A stretch of 50,149 nt of DNA, the filler included, from Sphacelaria rigidula (taxonomy: Eukaryota): NCBI GenBank assembly GCA_964200075.2. It is 2 parts of 2 records of this genome, joined end to end, with 100 filler letters (N's around TTAATTAATTAA, not from the genome) between each part and the next. Parts side by side here need not be neighbours in the genome. Positions count along the whole stretch, not along the records: positions 25,129 to 50,149 come from CAXNAA020000184.1; 1 more part is not named here. One strand, written 5' to 3'. Position 1 is the first letter of the stretch. Every line of letters starts with the position of its first letter. The notes under the pieces were generated by a model that searched no databases, had not been told where the DNA came from, and was given only the letters and a program-made list of their open reading frames with translations. The position numbers and the translations under genes were made by a program. Shown here piece after piece: positions 48,518 through 50,149 of this stretch.

Positions 48518-50149
48518 CAAGTTTTCGCCGACAAAATTTACACACAGCACACGCAACTACTGCAGTGCATCCATCCATGTGCTCAAGTCCTGCTCACTGC
48601 TGCAGGGTTGCGACCGTAGCCAACGATGAGTGGTGTGTACTAGTTTGCATGATCATGTGGACGGATGTTATGTGGCGTGGCAGTCTAAAAGCTAGGGGTC
48701 CAGCACCTCTTCGTGCCTTTCCCCCGCATTTTTGTTAGAAAAAAGTTGGCTTTTCTGTTTTTCAATTCTTCTCCGCTCGCCACTAAGACCGTGTCTTAGC
48801 ATATCATATTTGGATCGAAACGTGCAGTGGAAAACAGAAACTCCGATGAAATAGCCGTTATTTGAACCAGCTTCAAAATAAGCCACGAGAGCTGAATAGC
48901 ACGAACGGTAGTGGAAGGACGAGCCTACATATGTGACAACGGGTTCCAGAGATCGAACAAATGTGCGCAAACAATAATTTAATACAAAATAGGTGGAATC
49001 ACGACTTATCAAACCTGAGTCTTCCTTTTCCACCGTACATTTCCCATATGAAAATGATGTGCGAAGGCTTGCCGTAATGATCAAACAATCGTTGATGCCA
49101 ACTAGGAGCAGAACGCGGTGGACATATGCGATGACAAGTTTTTTTCCCACCACACGTTTTCGAGCGACGAAAACATGCACGAAGGTATGTCATCCATGGG
49201 AGGGTGTTGACGTCGAAACATGATGTGTTACTGCTGGTAGACACCATCCGCCTTTGCGCCTTCGTCGCCAACCCGCGGTGGGCAGGAATCACTGAACCAA
49301 ACCTGATTGGCCCATCTGTACCTCTCCATACATAAGGGTCGTTCCCCAGTTGAGACGAACGCCGATTCCGTGGCAGCAGAAAAGGTGAACGACGTTCGCT
49401 TAGCGGTGTTCATTGACTGCGAAAGGAACAGGTACGGTAGGTGCTGGTATCTTGAAACACCGTGGTATCGTGGGTATCGTAGGTATGACACTTGAAAATA
49501 TCCGATTGGGTCGGTATCGGTAGGGTATGAGATGTCCGAAATACCGGTACGGGGTACCTGCCTTACCCTCTTTACCGATTTCAAAACTGCCACCCGGCAG
49601 TGCGGAAAAGCGTTTGAGATCCCTGTGCAAGTTCGGCAATCAAATTATTGATGTGCCCAAGGCAGACAGCCACACCCCCACACGCACACAACGCACAACA
49701 CTAACCTGCAGACCTAAAAGCACACAGAACTCCATCATGATCCTCAGCTGAAATGTTGCAGTCAGCTGACAGGGTGAGACACTCAATCCATGGATCGATC
49801 AGGAGTACCGCGTGGTGATATTCGTGGTTGTTGACATGGGTGCAGTAGTAATGGCAAATTTGAAATTCAATACTGTAGTCAGATTTTCATTCCGAGGGGG
49901 TAGCGCTGTAATTTGTGGCACTAAGGTGTTGCAGTTGTACGCAAGGGGAGGTACAGTAGCACGCAAGGGCAGAGTTTGCCTCTCCATGTAAGAGTGTTTT
50001 TTCATGTAGAGCACCCGACAATGGCGCAGTAATAACGGTATATATATATGTATATGTATGCCAGGTTATTTATTGGGCAATGGTCTAGAAAAGGTATACC
50101 TTCTCGTTTTTTTTGCCTAAGAAAGGTACGAAAAATGGCCAGAAACGCG

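Noticed and set aside
49429..49560. GGTAT-rich segment with CAGGTAC/GTACCTG ends (MITE candidate)
   Set aside because: The inverted ends are very short and there is no TSD or second copy in the window.

Overview
Eukaryotic, intron- and repeat-rich genomic DNA, most likely from a brown alga (Phaeophyceae). This is inferred from multi-kb GT-AG introns, GC-rich small exons, the gene families and the repeat types. Three protein-coding loci are supported. (1) A + strand gene with at least 5 phase-compatible exons (1823-21820) encodes a polyQ/Ser/Gly-rich, probably nuclear and disordered protein. (2) The last four exons (25943-34017) of a BASS/SLC10 bile-acid:sodium symporter closest to plant plastid BASS2; its 5' half is lost at an artificial 100-bp scaffold spacer (25029-25128). 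It carries Lys in place of the conserved Na2-site Gln. (3) An isolated first exon (minus strand, 40505-40819) of a secreted right-handed beta-helix (pectin-lyase-fold) protein. The rest is mostly decayed mobile DNA: a Ty3/Gypsy integrase-chromodomain relic, two LINE families (one tail-less and sitting at C-runs, one with a (CAAT)n tail), a tRNA-derived SINE, MULE-, Tc1/mariner-, piggyBac- and hAT-like MITEs, a 1.3-kb degenerate palindrome, and a repeat-rich DNA transposon inserted inverted into a copy of itself. No rRNA, functional tRNA or CRISPR array was seen. All family assignments are by eye and from memory, not from database searches.
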